32,000 bases of DNA from Aciduliprofundum boonei T469 (GCF_000025665.1 NC_013926.1:1380001-1412000); one strand, 5' to 3'; positions 16,403 through 24,892 are shown, numbered from the stretch's first letter. The notes: generated from the sequence alone by a model not told the origin. Numbers and translations: made by a program.

Positions 16403-16933
16403 TTAATACTTTCCCAAATATCTGCGCAATGAATATACCACGCTCAAAACATTTGAGCTCAAAATTAAATCATCGGATAAATTAAAAAGAAAATCATCAA
16501 GATCCTTTAAAGGAATCTTTAGAATCTCTATCTCCTCCGTAGGCTCTAAGTTCTGTGCACTTTTATAGATCACATTTGGTGCATAGAAATAGTATGATTC
16601 CATCCTTGTCAAACCCTGACACACAACTCCTTTGAATAGATAAATTAGTTCATTTGCCTCGTATCCTGTTTCTTCCAGCAGTTCTCTCCTTGCACATTCC
16701 TCAGGAGACTCGTCATCTACCAAGCCAGCAGGAAGCTCTATCACATATTTCCTAAGGGGTACCCTATAATGCTTCTCTAAAAGCACTTCATTATCCTTTG
16801 TAATTGCAATTACCACAGCTGTTTCTGTATGACCATCCATATCCACACTTTCCCATATTCCCCTATCCGTATATTCCCTTTTCAATTTCAAGAACTTGCC
16901 TTGGCAGATTATTTCGGTTTTCTCAACTTTCAT
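16403..16933 (-). CDS. NUDIX hydrolase (ADP-ribose pyrophosphatase-like)
   Basis: The Nudix box is LPAGLVDDESPEECARRELLEETGYE (REUxEExGU intact). Length is 176 aa. The ATG overlaps the hmgA stop (ATGA at 16930-16933). Confidence 0.85.
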   Translation of the reverse strand: MKVEKTEIICQGKFLKLKREYTDRGIWESVDMDGHTETAVVIAITKDNEVLLEKHYRVPLRKYVIELPAGLVDDESPEECARRELLEETGYEANELIYLFKGVVCQGLTRMESYYFYAPNVIYKSAQNLEPTEEIEILKIPLKDLDDFLFNLSDDLILSSNVLSVVYSLRRYLGKY

Positions 16934-18192
16934 TTTCTTTCCCTTAGCTCTTCAAGTATTTCCTTGGCGCGATCTACTCTTACTTTCTTCTCTTTAACCA
17001 ATAACTCTGCAACTCTATCTATTTCCTCTCCCTTGGCTCCAGCCATAACTGCTATATTCCTTGCATGCAAGCTCATATGACCTCTCTGTATCCCCTCGGT
17101 AGCAAGGGCTCTCAAAGCGGCAAAGTTCTGAGCTAACCCAACTGCTGCTAAAATCTCTCCAAATTCTTTTGCAGTTTTTATACCTAGAATCTTCCTAGCA
17201 ATCTTCGCCTTGGGATGTGTACTTGTTGCACCTCCTATTATTCCAACTGCCATTGGCAATTCTATACTCCCTACCAAATTGCCCTCTTCATCCTCCTCAT
17301 AATGAGTTAGAGAAGTGTACCAGCCATCCATTGCGGCAAATGCATGTGCTCCTGCTTCCACAGCCCGCCAATCATTGCTTGTGGCTATTAAAACTGCATC
17401 TATACCGTTCATTATACCCTTGTTATGTGTTGCTGCCCTGAATGGATCTACCCGCGCAAACTCGTAGGCGTAGAGTATACCTTTAACGGTATCCTCGCCT
17501 ATCACATCTTTTTTCCATACGGCACGCGCTCTAGCAAGACGATATATTGCCAAGTTGCTTAATATACGAAGATAAACTTTGCCCCCTGTAATATCCTCTA
17601 TGTAGGGCGCCAATGCCTCTGCCATACTATTCACTGCGTTTGCACCCATGGCATCGCGAACATCGACATGCAAATGTATAACCAGCATTGGTCCCATATT
17701 ACTATCTATAACCCTGGCCTTTATATCTCTACATCCTCCACCTACCTTTATCAACACAGGGTCCTGCTCGTTCGCTATTCTCATTAATTCCTCTTTATGC
17801 TCCAATACCTGCATCTTAGCAAAATGAGGATTTCGAAGCCCAACAACTTGAATTTGAGAGATCATTATTGGCTCTGTGGAAGATGTGAAAAACCCTCCCC
17901 CTTCACGGGCTAATTTTGCAGCATGACTCGCTGCCGCAACCACACTCGGCTCTTCTATTGCCATTGGAATTAAATAATCCTTCCCATTTATTTTGAAATT
18001 TGTGGCAATTCCTATTGGCAGTTCAGTCATACCCACCACATTTTCAATCATCCTATCTGCAAGATCCATATCCAAATGTCCTTTCAAAAGGAACTCTGCC
18101 TCTTCGTCACTCAATTCTGAAAATTCCTTGACTATTTTCAATCTCTCTTCTATGGATAATTTATAAAATCCAGATATACGCGAAGATTTCAT
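16930..18192 (-). CDS. hmgA: Hydroxymethylglutaryl-CoA reductase, class II (bacterial type)
   Basis: ENVVGMTELPIGIATNFKINGKDYLIPMAIEEPSVVAAAS is the class II pattern. Class I enzymes carry TTEGCLVAS at this position. The protein is soluble, 420 aa. Confidence 0.92.
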   Translation of the reverse strand: MKSSRISGFYKLSIEERLKIVKEFSELSDEEAEFLLKGHLDMDLADRMIENVVGMTELPIGIATNFKINGKDYLIPMAIEEPSVVAAASHAAKLAREGGGFFTSSTEPIMISQIQVVGLRNPHFAKMQVLEHKEELMRIANEQDPVLIKVGGGCRDIKARVIDSNMGPMLVIHLHVDVRDAMGANAVNSMAEALAPYIEDITGGKVYLRILSNLAIYRLARARAVWKKDVIGEDTVKGILYAYEFARVDPFRAATHNKGIMNGIDAVLIATSNDWRAVEAGAHAFAAMDGWYTSLTHYEEDEEGNLVGSIELPMAVGIIGGATSTHPKAKIARKILGIKTAKEFGEILAAVGLAQNFAALRALATEGIQRGHMSLHARNIAVMAGAKGEEIDRVAELLVKEKKVRVDRAKEILEELRERK

Positions 18193-18231
18193 AATTGGTT
18201 ATATACGAGGAATATTAAACATTTTTCTCAG

Positions 18232-18245
18232 AAAATTTTAAGTAC
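18232..18245 (+). promoter_or_regulatory. Candidate TATA box (AAAATTTTAAGTAC) for the sedolisin gene
   Basis: It lies about 55 nt upstream of the ATG at 18292. That would give a short leader containing the GGAGGT site. A second TATA-like element at 18260-18271 is an alternative. Confidence 0.25.
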
Positions 18246-18278
18246 ATACATTCCATATGTTCTAAATTGATACCCTTT

Positions 18279-18284
18279 GGAGGT
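18279..18284 (+). promoter_or_regulatory. Shine-Dalgarno GGAGGT for the sedolisin gene
   Basis: A perfect GGAGGT lies 7 nt upstream of the ATG at 18292. This supports that ATG over the listed TTG at 18277. Confidence 0.6.
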
Positions 18285-18291
18285 AATATTT

Positions 18292-21200
18292 ATGTTTCGG
18301 GTGGGTGGTAAAAAGAAAGCATTGGTAATAGGGCTCTTACTTGTGTTAATAGCAGCTAATGTATTGGTAATATTTGAAAATTCTCCAAAACCAATAAATT
18401 CCACAGGAAAAATAAATCCTGGTAAGTTGGTGGATTATACAAAGGTATTTAATGCAAAACTTGCAAATCCATCTAATTATCTTGGCACACCAAATATGCA
18501 AAAGAAAATATACATAACTATAGCGCTGAGATGGAGAAATGAGGGTATGTTAAATAAAAGCTTGGAAATGATAAATAATCCCCGTTCTCCAATGTACCAT
18601 CATTTCTATTCTTGGAGCGAGTTTAAGAAACTTTATGCACCTTCTGACAATGTATACAACTCTATAGTGGATTGGCTAAAGGATCAAGGATTAAATGTAT
18701 ACCAAACTTATCCTTTGCATAACTCTATTACAATATACGATACGATAGGAAACATACAAAAGGTGTTCCATACTGAATTCGGAATGTATAGAGGTGATGG
18801 AGAGCACCTTAGATCTCAATACTTTACTATTAAAAAACCAATAAAATTCCCGGAGAATTTCATACCGTACATCGTTGGTATAGATGGATTTAACAATGCA
18901 ACTGTGTATCACCTGAATTTCTTAGATTACCAAGGTACTGACTATCTTAGCGGTGCAGATGTGGCTAAAATGTATAGGGTATATGAATTATATAACAATA
19001 CTCCAGATGGTTCTGCAAGTACCCAGCATATATTTGCTACGGGACTGCGTGTGGCTACTGTGCTATGGGAAGGCGCAGATTCTTGGGGTGATCAATATGC
19101 ACCATTTGACCCTAATGCAATAACTTATTATTATCAGCATGTGATTCCAACATGGATTCAGAATCTTGGTGTTATGTCCACTGTCCATTATTACGGTACA
19201 TCAGGTACTGTTGCACCTGGAAGCAACACCGATGGAAGTGTTTCTACTGAAAATGAACTGGATCTAGAAATGGTTGGTACATTGGCACCGGGCGTAGATG
19301 CTTTCTGTGTATACGGCCCAGGAGGAAGCAGTGGTGGGCCTTCTGAGAGCAACTTCCCAGATAATGAGTATAACTACATACTCAATACCCTTGCTTCTGA
19401 GAGTAGCCCAATACTCGTTGCTGTAAGTAATTCTTGGGGTGGTGGTGATTCTCAGGAGAGTAGCACAACTATGAATGATGTGAAGGCATTAGAGGCCATG
19501 GGTGTAACTGTTATGGCTTCAAGCGGTGATGATGGAGATACCACCTCGCCTAGCGAGCCTTCTACAGCTGCCTATGACACATACGGATTTTTGGCAGTTG
19601 GGGGAACAACGCCAGTACCTAACGGAGTAGATCATACTACTTTAGATGATTACGCTACTATGGGTAACAATACAGATCTGGCAAATCCAAGAAGTAGTGA
19701 GATTGTTTGGTATGATTCATCAAGCACCAATTCTGCTGGAGATCACTGGGGTACACAGAGTGGCGTGAGCTCCACTTATGAAGAACCATGGTTCCAGAAA
19801 GATTATGTTGATTCTATAATTAGCGCTACTGGTAGCCATGGTAGAGCCACAGCAGATATCTCTGCGATGGGCAATCGGACCTTGATATACATAAGCAGCA
19901 GTAATGGACTGGAGTGGAATACTGTGGCGGGAACCTCAGTAGCATGCCCCGTCACAGCAGGAATGATAGCAGAGATGGCTGCTTATGTGGGTGTTCAATA
20001 TGGTATTTCAGGCCATGGATTTGGATATTTCCTTCCAACCCTTTATCAACTTGGAAATGATTTTTACAATAACAATAAATATGCAAACTCTCCCCCATTT
20101 TTTGATGTTACTGAAACTCCAAATGGGTATCATAATGGGGAAACAGCGTATGATGCACGCACTGGATGGGATTTAGCTAGTGGATGGGGAGTTATAAACG
20201 CATGGGAACTTATTCACGATATTGGCTTCATATTAAGCTCATCATCAACCTCGGCAACAATTACTGCGGGACAAACTGCATCATACACTATAGATGTATC
20301 CTTCCCCTACATGTGGACTTGCGAAGTTGGACACTTTGAAGTTTCGGGACTTCCTGCAGGAGCCTCTGTAAGTTCATCGGTGAGCTATGTACAACCTCCA
20401 GGAAATGGAACTGCAGCAAGTTTTACCCTTAACATAGCAACTACACCTTCCACACCTGCTGGCACCTATGATCTAAACCTCACCGCATATTCTTATAACC
20501 AAACTAACGGTCATTGGGGAAATTTAACAAATTATATTCATCTAACTCTCACAGTAAATCCCGCAAATGCACCTGATTTGACTATATCTTCAATATCTGC
20601 CTCACCTACTACTGTCAACGAAGGTGAAACCATAACCATTCAAGCAACAGTTAAAAATGTAGGGAATGCAGAGGCGTATAATGTTTCTGTTGGATTTTAT
20701 TATGATAAATTTGATTCTTCTCACCTCATACACATAGTTAATGCTGGAAATTTGACTGCTGGAGCTTCTAACACTGTGGAAACAACTTGGGACACAACAG
20801 GCCATGTTGGTGAGCACACGATAATTGCCTACGCAGATCCAGATAACGCAATAGAAGAGACGAACGAAGATAACAACTCTGCAAATACAACGGTAATTGT
20901 AAATGGATATGGTGTTAATCTCACAGTAGACTCCACAGCTAAAACAGTGCAGCCCGGAGGGAGCGTAGATTACACAATAACTGTCAAAAACACAGGTACT
21001 TTGCAAGATACTTTTGATTTGAGTACTTCCCAAGTTTCATCAGGGTGGTCCGCATCTCTTTCCCAAACTAGCGTGACACTGAATGCGGGAGAAAGTACAA
21101 ATATAACCCTAACAGTTACAGCCCCATCTTCTGCAACTCAAGGAGAGTCACAAAATGTCACTGTTACAGCAGTTAGCGAGGGAGATAGTAGCAAGAGCGA

Positions 21201-22428
21201 TAGCGTAACTACAACAACTACCGTTGTAACACTCTACATTACCAGCATAAAAATTTATAGCCATCTAGATGCTGTAATAAATTACACAACAAATGAAAAT
21301 GTGACCTCGTATATTGTATATGGAATAGGGCCAAATCATATGAAGAGACAAACTCCTGAAGAGACCATAGCTAGTAAGTATCACGAAATTGCAATTCAAA
21401 ATTTAACTCCAGAGATTACTTACTATTTCAAAATATATATGAGTGATGGTACAAATTCCGCGTGGAGTTCTATTTATAACTTCACACTCACTGGAACCAA
21501 TGATTTTGAGGCAACGGATAATCCGCAGTATCTTTATAACTGGCAAGTTAGTGCATGGAACAGTTCTACAAATCAGGCAGCAAATACTATATGGCAGTGG
21601 GGTCAGCCAACAGCTGGTCCATCAAGTGCTCATTCAGGACAAGATGTTCTTGCAACAAATCTAAATGGATACTATGGAGTTGATGACCATGTTGATGCTC
21701 TTCTCACTCCTTGGATTGATCTAACAAATGCTTCTTGGGCTACATTATCTTTCTATGCATGGTATGATTTAGAAGATGGCTATGATGGAGTGCTAATAGC
21801 ATATCAAAATGATTCTTCAAGCTCTTGGTATATATTAGATGTAAATAATAACGCAAGCCAGTATGATAAGCAAATTTCAAGTAGCTATGGTAGTGCTATA
21901 GGTGGACTCTATGCATTTACAGGTGATACAAATGGTTGGGTGCAGAAGACATTCAATACAACGACTATAAACGATAAATATGTTAACGAGTACCTTTTAG
22001 GACATAAAGTTCGTTTTATTTTCTATTTTGCAAGCGATGAATCTAATCATAACTATTATGGCTTCTACCTTGATGATATTCAAATCAAAGCAGGCATACC
22101 CCAGTATCACATCTATGGCTATGTGAAAGATTCAAGTGGAAATGCAGTGAGCGGAGCTACAGTGTGGGTGAATGATACAACCCTTGGCATATCCTACCAA
22201 ACAACCACGGATTCAAATGGTAGGTACGATATTTACACTTACAATGGAATAAGCGGGGATAGCATCAATGTTGATGCGTCCAGTACTCAAGGAAAGGGCA
22301 CAAATAGTGGAAGCTTGAGCACAGATACAGAGATAGATATAACTCTGCAAGCTGTACCAGAGCTAAATATAGTAATAATACCAATACTGCTATTGGCTAC
22401 CATCTACATCCTTAGAAGGAGAAAATAA
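18292..22428 (+). CDS. Large cell-surface sedolisin-type serine protease (peptidase S53) with propeptide, CARDB/Ig-like, FN3-like, lectin/MAM-like and carboxypeptidase-regulatory-like domains, anchored at both termini
   Basis: An N-terminal signal/anchor is present (KKKALVIGLLLVLIAANVLVIF), followed by a pro-kumamolisin-like activation region. S53 catalytic motifs are TENELDLEMV (Glu/Asp), ASSGDDGD and AGTSVACP (Ser). A canonical CARDB unit is present (PDLTISSISASPTTVNEGETITIQATVKNVGNAEA...DPDNAIEETNEDNN), as is a second Ig-like unit (VQPGGSVDYTITVKNTGTLQDTFDL). A CarboxypepD_reg-like unit follows (YHIYGYVKDSSGNAVSGATVWV...TTTDSNGRYDI), then a C-terminal TM helix plus RRRK. Confidence 0.88.
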   Translation: MFRVGGKKKALVIGLLLVLIAANVLVIFENSPKPINSTGKINPGKLVDYTKVFNAKLANPSNYLGTPNMQKKIYITIALRWRNEGMLNKSLEMINNPRSPMYHHFYSWSEFKKLYAPSDNVYNSIVDWLKDQGLNVYQTYPLHNSITIYDTIGNIQKVFHTEFGMYRGDGEHLRSQYFTIKKPIKFPENFIPYIVGIDGFNNATVYHLNFLDYQGTDYLSGADVAKMYRVYELYNNTPDGSASTQHIFATGLRVATVLWEGADSWGDQYAPFDPNAITYYYQHVIPTWIQNLGVMSTVHYYGTSGTVAPGSNTDGSVSTENELDLEMVGTLAPGVDAFCVYGPGGSSGGPSESNFPDNEYNYILNTLASESSPILVAVSNSWGGGDSQESSTTMNDVKALEAMGVTVMASSGDDGDTTSPSEPSTAAYDTYGFLAVGGTTPVPNGVDHTTLDDYATMGNNTDLANPRSSEIVWYDSSSTNSAGDHWGTQSGVSSTYEEPWFQKDYVDSIISATGSHGRATADISAMGNRTLIYISSSNGLEWNTVAGTSVACPVTAGMIAEMAAYVGVQYGISGHGFGYFLPTLYQLGNDFYNNNKYANSPPFFDVTETPNGYHNGETAYDARTGWDLASGWGVINAWELIHDIGFILSSSSTSATITAGQTASYTIDVSFPYMWTCEVGHFEVSGLPAGASVSSSVSYVQPPGNGTAASFTLNIATTPSTPAGTYDLNLTAYSYNQTNGHWGNLTNYIHLTLTVNPANAPDLTISSISASPTTVNEGETITIQATVKNVGNAEAYNVSVGFYYDKFDSSHLIHIVNAGNLTAGASNTVETTWDTTGHVGEHTIIAYADPDNAIEETNEDNNSANTTVIVNGYGVNLTVDSTAKTVQPGGSVDYTITVKNTGTLQDTFDLSTSQVSSGWSASLSQTSVTLNAGESTNITLTVTAPSSATQGESQNVTVTAVSEGDSSKSDSVTTTTTVVTLYITSIKIYSHLDAVINYTTNENVTSYIVYGIGPNHMKRQTPEETIASKYHEIAIQNLTPEITYYFKIYMSDGTNSAWSSIYNFTLTGTNDFEATDNPQYLYNWQVSAWNSSTNQAANTIWQWGQPTAGPSSAHSGQDVLATNLNGYYGVDDHVDALLTPWIDLTNASWATLSFYAWYDLEDGYDGVLIAYQNDSSSSWYILDVNNNASQYDKQISSSYGSAIGGLYAFTGDTNGWVQKTFNTTTINDKYVNEYLLGHKVRFIFYFASDESNHNYYGFYLDDIQIKAGIPQYHIYGYVKDSSGNAVSGATVWVNDTTLGISYQTTTDSNGRYDIYTYNGISGDSINVDASSTQGKGTNSGSLSTDTEIDITLQAVPELNIVIIPILLLATIYILRRRK

Positions 22429-22445
22429 TTTTTCTCTTCTTTTTA
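22429..22445 (+). terminator. Oligo-T tract (TTTTTCTCTTCTTTTTA), candidate archaeal terminator after the protease gene
   Basis: T-runs begin immediately after the TAA stop. Archaeal RNAP terminates at oligo-dT stretches. Confidence 0.4.
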
Positions 22446-22450
22446 TCCAC

Positions 22451-22461
22451 AAATTTAAAAA
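22451..22461 (+). promoter_or_regulatory. Candidate TATA box (AAATTTAAAAA) for the isocitrate dehydrogenase gene
   Basis: It is centred about 36 nt upstream of the ATG at 22492. A GGTGAT SD-like element sits at 22483-22488. Confidence 0.3.
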
Positions 22462-22491
22462 CCTCTAGGATTATTACCCTTCGGTGATGAT

Positions 22492-23691
22492 ATGTACGAG
22501 GATGATATAAAAAATGCTGCCAAACATTTTGAAAATTTGCTGAGAGAGCAGATTGATAGGATGGAGAGAATAAAACATGAAGGGGACTGGATAGATTACT
22601 CCAAGCTCAAGCCAATAATAATCGGAGTGGCAGGTGGCGATGGCATAGGTCCATACATAACAGAGCAAACGCAGAGAGTACTTGAATTTCTGCTAAAGGA
22701 TGAAATTGATGAAGGAAAGGTAGAATTCCGAAAAATTGAGGGGCTCACAATTGAGAATCGTGTAAAGCATATGCAAGCAGTGCCAGATGATGTTCTTGAT
22801 GAGATCAAAAAATGCCATGTTCTTTTAAAGGGCCCAACAACAACTCCAAAAAAAGGAGACCCTTGGCCAAATATTGAAAGTGCAAATGTAGCAATCCGCC
22901 GCGCTTTAGACTTGTTTGCGAATGTCAGGCCTGTAAAGGTTCCAGAGCTTGGAATTGACTGGGTATTTTTCAGGGAAAATACTGAGGGAGCTTATATGCT
23001 TGGCTCTCGGGGAGTAATGATAGGAAACGAGCTAGCCATAGATTTCAAGGTAATAACCGCTCCAGGAGCTGAGAGAATAATCCGCCTCGCATTTGATTAT
23101 GCCAAAAAGAATGGTAGAAAGAAGGTTACGGTGGTAACAAAGGCAAATGTGGTAAAAAAGACAGATGGCTTATTCCTAGATATTGCTGAGAAAGTTGCTA
23201 AAGATTACCCAGAAATCGAGTGGGATGACTGGTTCATCGATATAATGACTGCAAAATTAATAGATCCTTCTCGCCGCTCCCAGTTTGATGTTATAGTCCT
23301 ACCCAATCTCTATGGAGATATTCTTACGGATGAAGCAGCCCAAATTCAAGGTGGAGTTGGAACGGCTGGAAGTGCAAATATTGGAAAGAGATATGCAATG
23401 TTTGAAGCGATACATGGCACAGCTCTGCGCATGGTGAAAGAGGGCAGAGCAAAGTATGCAAATCCAATGAGCATGATCAAAGCTGGAGCTATGATGCTTG
23501 AGCATCTTGGATTTACAGATAAGGCAAAGAAATTGAACATGGCAATCGATATAACAAATTCCTTTGAGAAGAAGATAACCGTAACTGGACATCCTGACGG
23601 AGCTACAGGAGAAAAAATGGCAAACTATGTGATTGAGACGCTCAAAGATCCAAATCTAGAAGAAAAATGGAAAAAATATGTAAATCAATAA
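22492..23691 (+). CDS. icd: Isocitrate dehydrogenase-like enzyme (isocitrate/isopropylmalate dehydrogenase family)
   Basis: The motifs GGDGIGP and LFANVRP and the NLYGDILTDEAAQIQGGVG Asp cluster are present. The S130-A-N132-VAI-R136 segment resembles the ICDH SxNxxxR substrate motif. The ~47-aa stretch before GDGIG is ICDH-like rather than LeuB-like. Confidence 0.75.
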   Translation: MYEDDIKNAAKHFENLLREQIDRMERIKHEGDWIDYSKLKPIIIGVAGGDGIGPYITEQTQRVLEFLLKDEIDEGKVEFRKIEGLTIENRVKHMQAVPDDVLDEIKKCHVLLKGPTTTPKKGDPWPNIESANVAIRRALDLFANVRPVKVPELGIDWVFFRENTEGAYMLGSRGVMIGNELAIDFKVITAPGAERIIRLAFDYAKKNGRKKVTVVTKANVVKKTDGLFLDIAEKVAKDYPEIEWDDWFIDIMTAKLIDPSRRSQFDVIVLPNLYGDILTDEAAQIQGGVGTAGSANIGKRYAMFEAIHGTALRMVKEGRAKYANPMSMIKAGAMMLEHLGFTDKAKKLNMAIDITNSFEKKITVTGHPDGATGEKMANYVIETLKDPNLEEKWKKYVNQ

Positions 23692-23703
23692 TTTTTTTAT
23701 TTT
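23692..23703 (+). terminator. Oligo-T tract (TTTTTTTATTTT) directly after the icd stop
   Basis: A T7 run plus a T4 run fill most of the 16-nt gap between the convergent genes. Confidence 0.4.
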
Positions 23704-23707
23704 GATC

Positions 23708-24325
23708 TCATCGTATCCTGTTCTTTGGTCTCACTATCAACCAAATGATTAACCCCAATATGTTCAAGAACAGCACCACTAGGAACCAGAGCAATCCACT
23801 TTTGCCCCGTCTCTTTGCATCTTTGTATACCCATATAAGCACTGCAAGCCAGATTAAAAAGACTACTCCACCGATTATGCATGTGGTAGTTCCAAAGAAC
23901 TCAAAGAAAGAGGTCTCAAGATCTTCACCATATTTCACATCGTAGGTAAAATTCACCGGCCAGTTACCTGCGCTTTCAACCACAATGTAGTATGTTCCAC
24001 CAGATTCATTGCTTATTGTAAAGTACATCTTTGCATGCTGCGTATTTAAGGATGTTCCCTTGTCTATATAAGTAAAAGTGTGCCCTGCAGCATATAATGC
24101 CATATTTTTCTGATCTAAAAAGTAGATGTTCATTGTGTTATTTCCCTTTATTTCATACTCTACTCCTCCCCCATTTGGAAGAGAAACCCTATAGTACCAG
24201 TATTGATTTGCCTGAATAGTCTCACTACCACTATGCTCTGTCACAGCTGAAGCTGTAGGTGTCGCTAAAAGGGCAAAAAAAATCAAGCCCAAAATCAGAA
24301 TATACATTAAACTCTTTTGCCTCAA
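23708..24325 (-). CDS. Secreted, membrane-anchored hypothetical protein (beta-rich ectodomain plus C-terminal two-helix anchor resembling the PLDc_N-type motif)
   Basis: The TTG start is preceded by GGAGGAGGT. A signal peptide is present (MRQKSLMYILILGLIFFALLATPTASA), followed by a beta-rich ~120-aa domain (YWYYRVSL...NIYFLDQKN...GGTYYIVVES...VNFTYDVKYG). The C-terminus reads CIIGGVVFLIWLAVLIWVYKDAKRRGKSGLLWFLVVLFLNILGLIIWLIVRP. Confidence 0.6.
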   Translation of the reverse strand: MRQKSLMYILILGLIFFALLATPTASAVTEHSGSETIQANQYWYYRVSLPNGGGVEYEIKGNNTMNIYFLDQKNMALYAAGHTFTYIDKGTSLNTQHAKMYFTISNESGGTYYIVVESAGNWPVNFTYDVKYGEDLETSFFEFFGTTTCIIGGVVFLIWLAVLIWVYKDAKRRGKSGLLWFLVVLFLNILGLIIWLIVRPKNRIR

Positions 24326-24331
24326 TTACAT

Positions 24332-24340
24332 ACCTCCTCC
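24332..24340 (-). promoter_or_regulatory. Shine-Dalgarno GGAGGAGGT for the 23708-24325 gene
   Basis: It lies 6 nt upstream of the TTG at 24325. This supports the TTG start, which gives a positively charged signal-peptide n-region. Confidence 0.55.
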
Positions 24341-24375
24341 AAAAATGAAAAATAGAACAAAGTATAAAAAGTTTC

Positions 24376-24882
24376 TTAATCTACTTTAAAATCACCATGC
24401 TTCTTTATGTGCTCTACAATACCCCCATCTTCCAAAAGACGCATCATAAACGGGGGTATAGGTGTGCTCTGTAGCTCTATTCCCTTGGTTAAATCCTTTA
24501 TTATACCTTTTTCTAAATCTATCTCCAGCTCATCTCCCTCATCTATCTTGTCAGTATCTGCTGTAAGTAATGGCAAGCCAATATTGAAGGCATTGCGGTA
24601 AAATATGCGAGCGAAACTTTTGGCAATCACGCAGCTCACACCGGCAATCTTTATTATGCGGGGTGCATGCTCTCTGCTACTTCCAAGTCCAAAATTATTC
24701 CCTGCAACAATTATGTCCCCTGGCTTAACCTTCTTTGGAAATTCAGGATCTGCATCCTCCAGCACATGCTTGGCTAGCTCAGGTAGATTTGTGCGAAGGT
24801 GGAAATATCGTCCAGGAGCAATATGGTCCGTGGATATATTATCACCAAACTTCCAAACCTTTCCTCTTATTATTCTCTCCAT
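24376..24882 (-). CDS. Aconitase-superfamily small subunit (LeuD/HacB type; 3-isopropylmalate/homoaconitate/aconitate hydro-lyase)
   Basis: [30 protein letters not shown] and [18 protein letters not shown] are typical of the LeuD/HacB family. I prefer the ATG at 24882, which is preceded by GAGGTGA at 24888-24894. The substrate loop reads YFHLRT. Confidence 0.85.
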   Translation of the reverse strand: MERIIRGKVWKFGDNISTDHIAPGRYFHLRTNLPELAKHVLEDADPEFPKKVKPGDIIVAGNNFGLGSSREHAPRIIKIAGVSCVIAKSFARIFYRNAFNIGLPLLTADTDKIDEGDELEIDLEKGIIKDLTKGIELQSTPIPPFMMRLLEDGGIVEHIKKHGDFKVD

Positions 24883-24892
24883 TTTTATCACC

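Noticed and set aside
20602-21033. A 143-aa minus-strand ORF, plus small ORFs at 18691-18912, 19985-20176 and 21443-21664, within the sedolisin gene
   Set aside because: They are antisense or off-frame to a gene with clear domain structure. They are Cys/Ile-rich nonsense with no start context.
22484-22540. Possible C/D-box sRNA: GTGATGA at 22484-22490 with a CTGA about 50 nt downstream
   Set aside because: The box order is wrong; a second GATGA follows where a D' box should be. There is no terminal stem, and the region is the SD and start of the icd gene. It is most likely a coincidence of the GGTGATGA ribosome-binding context.
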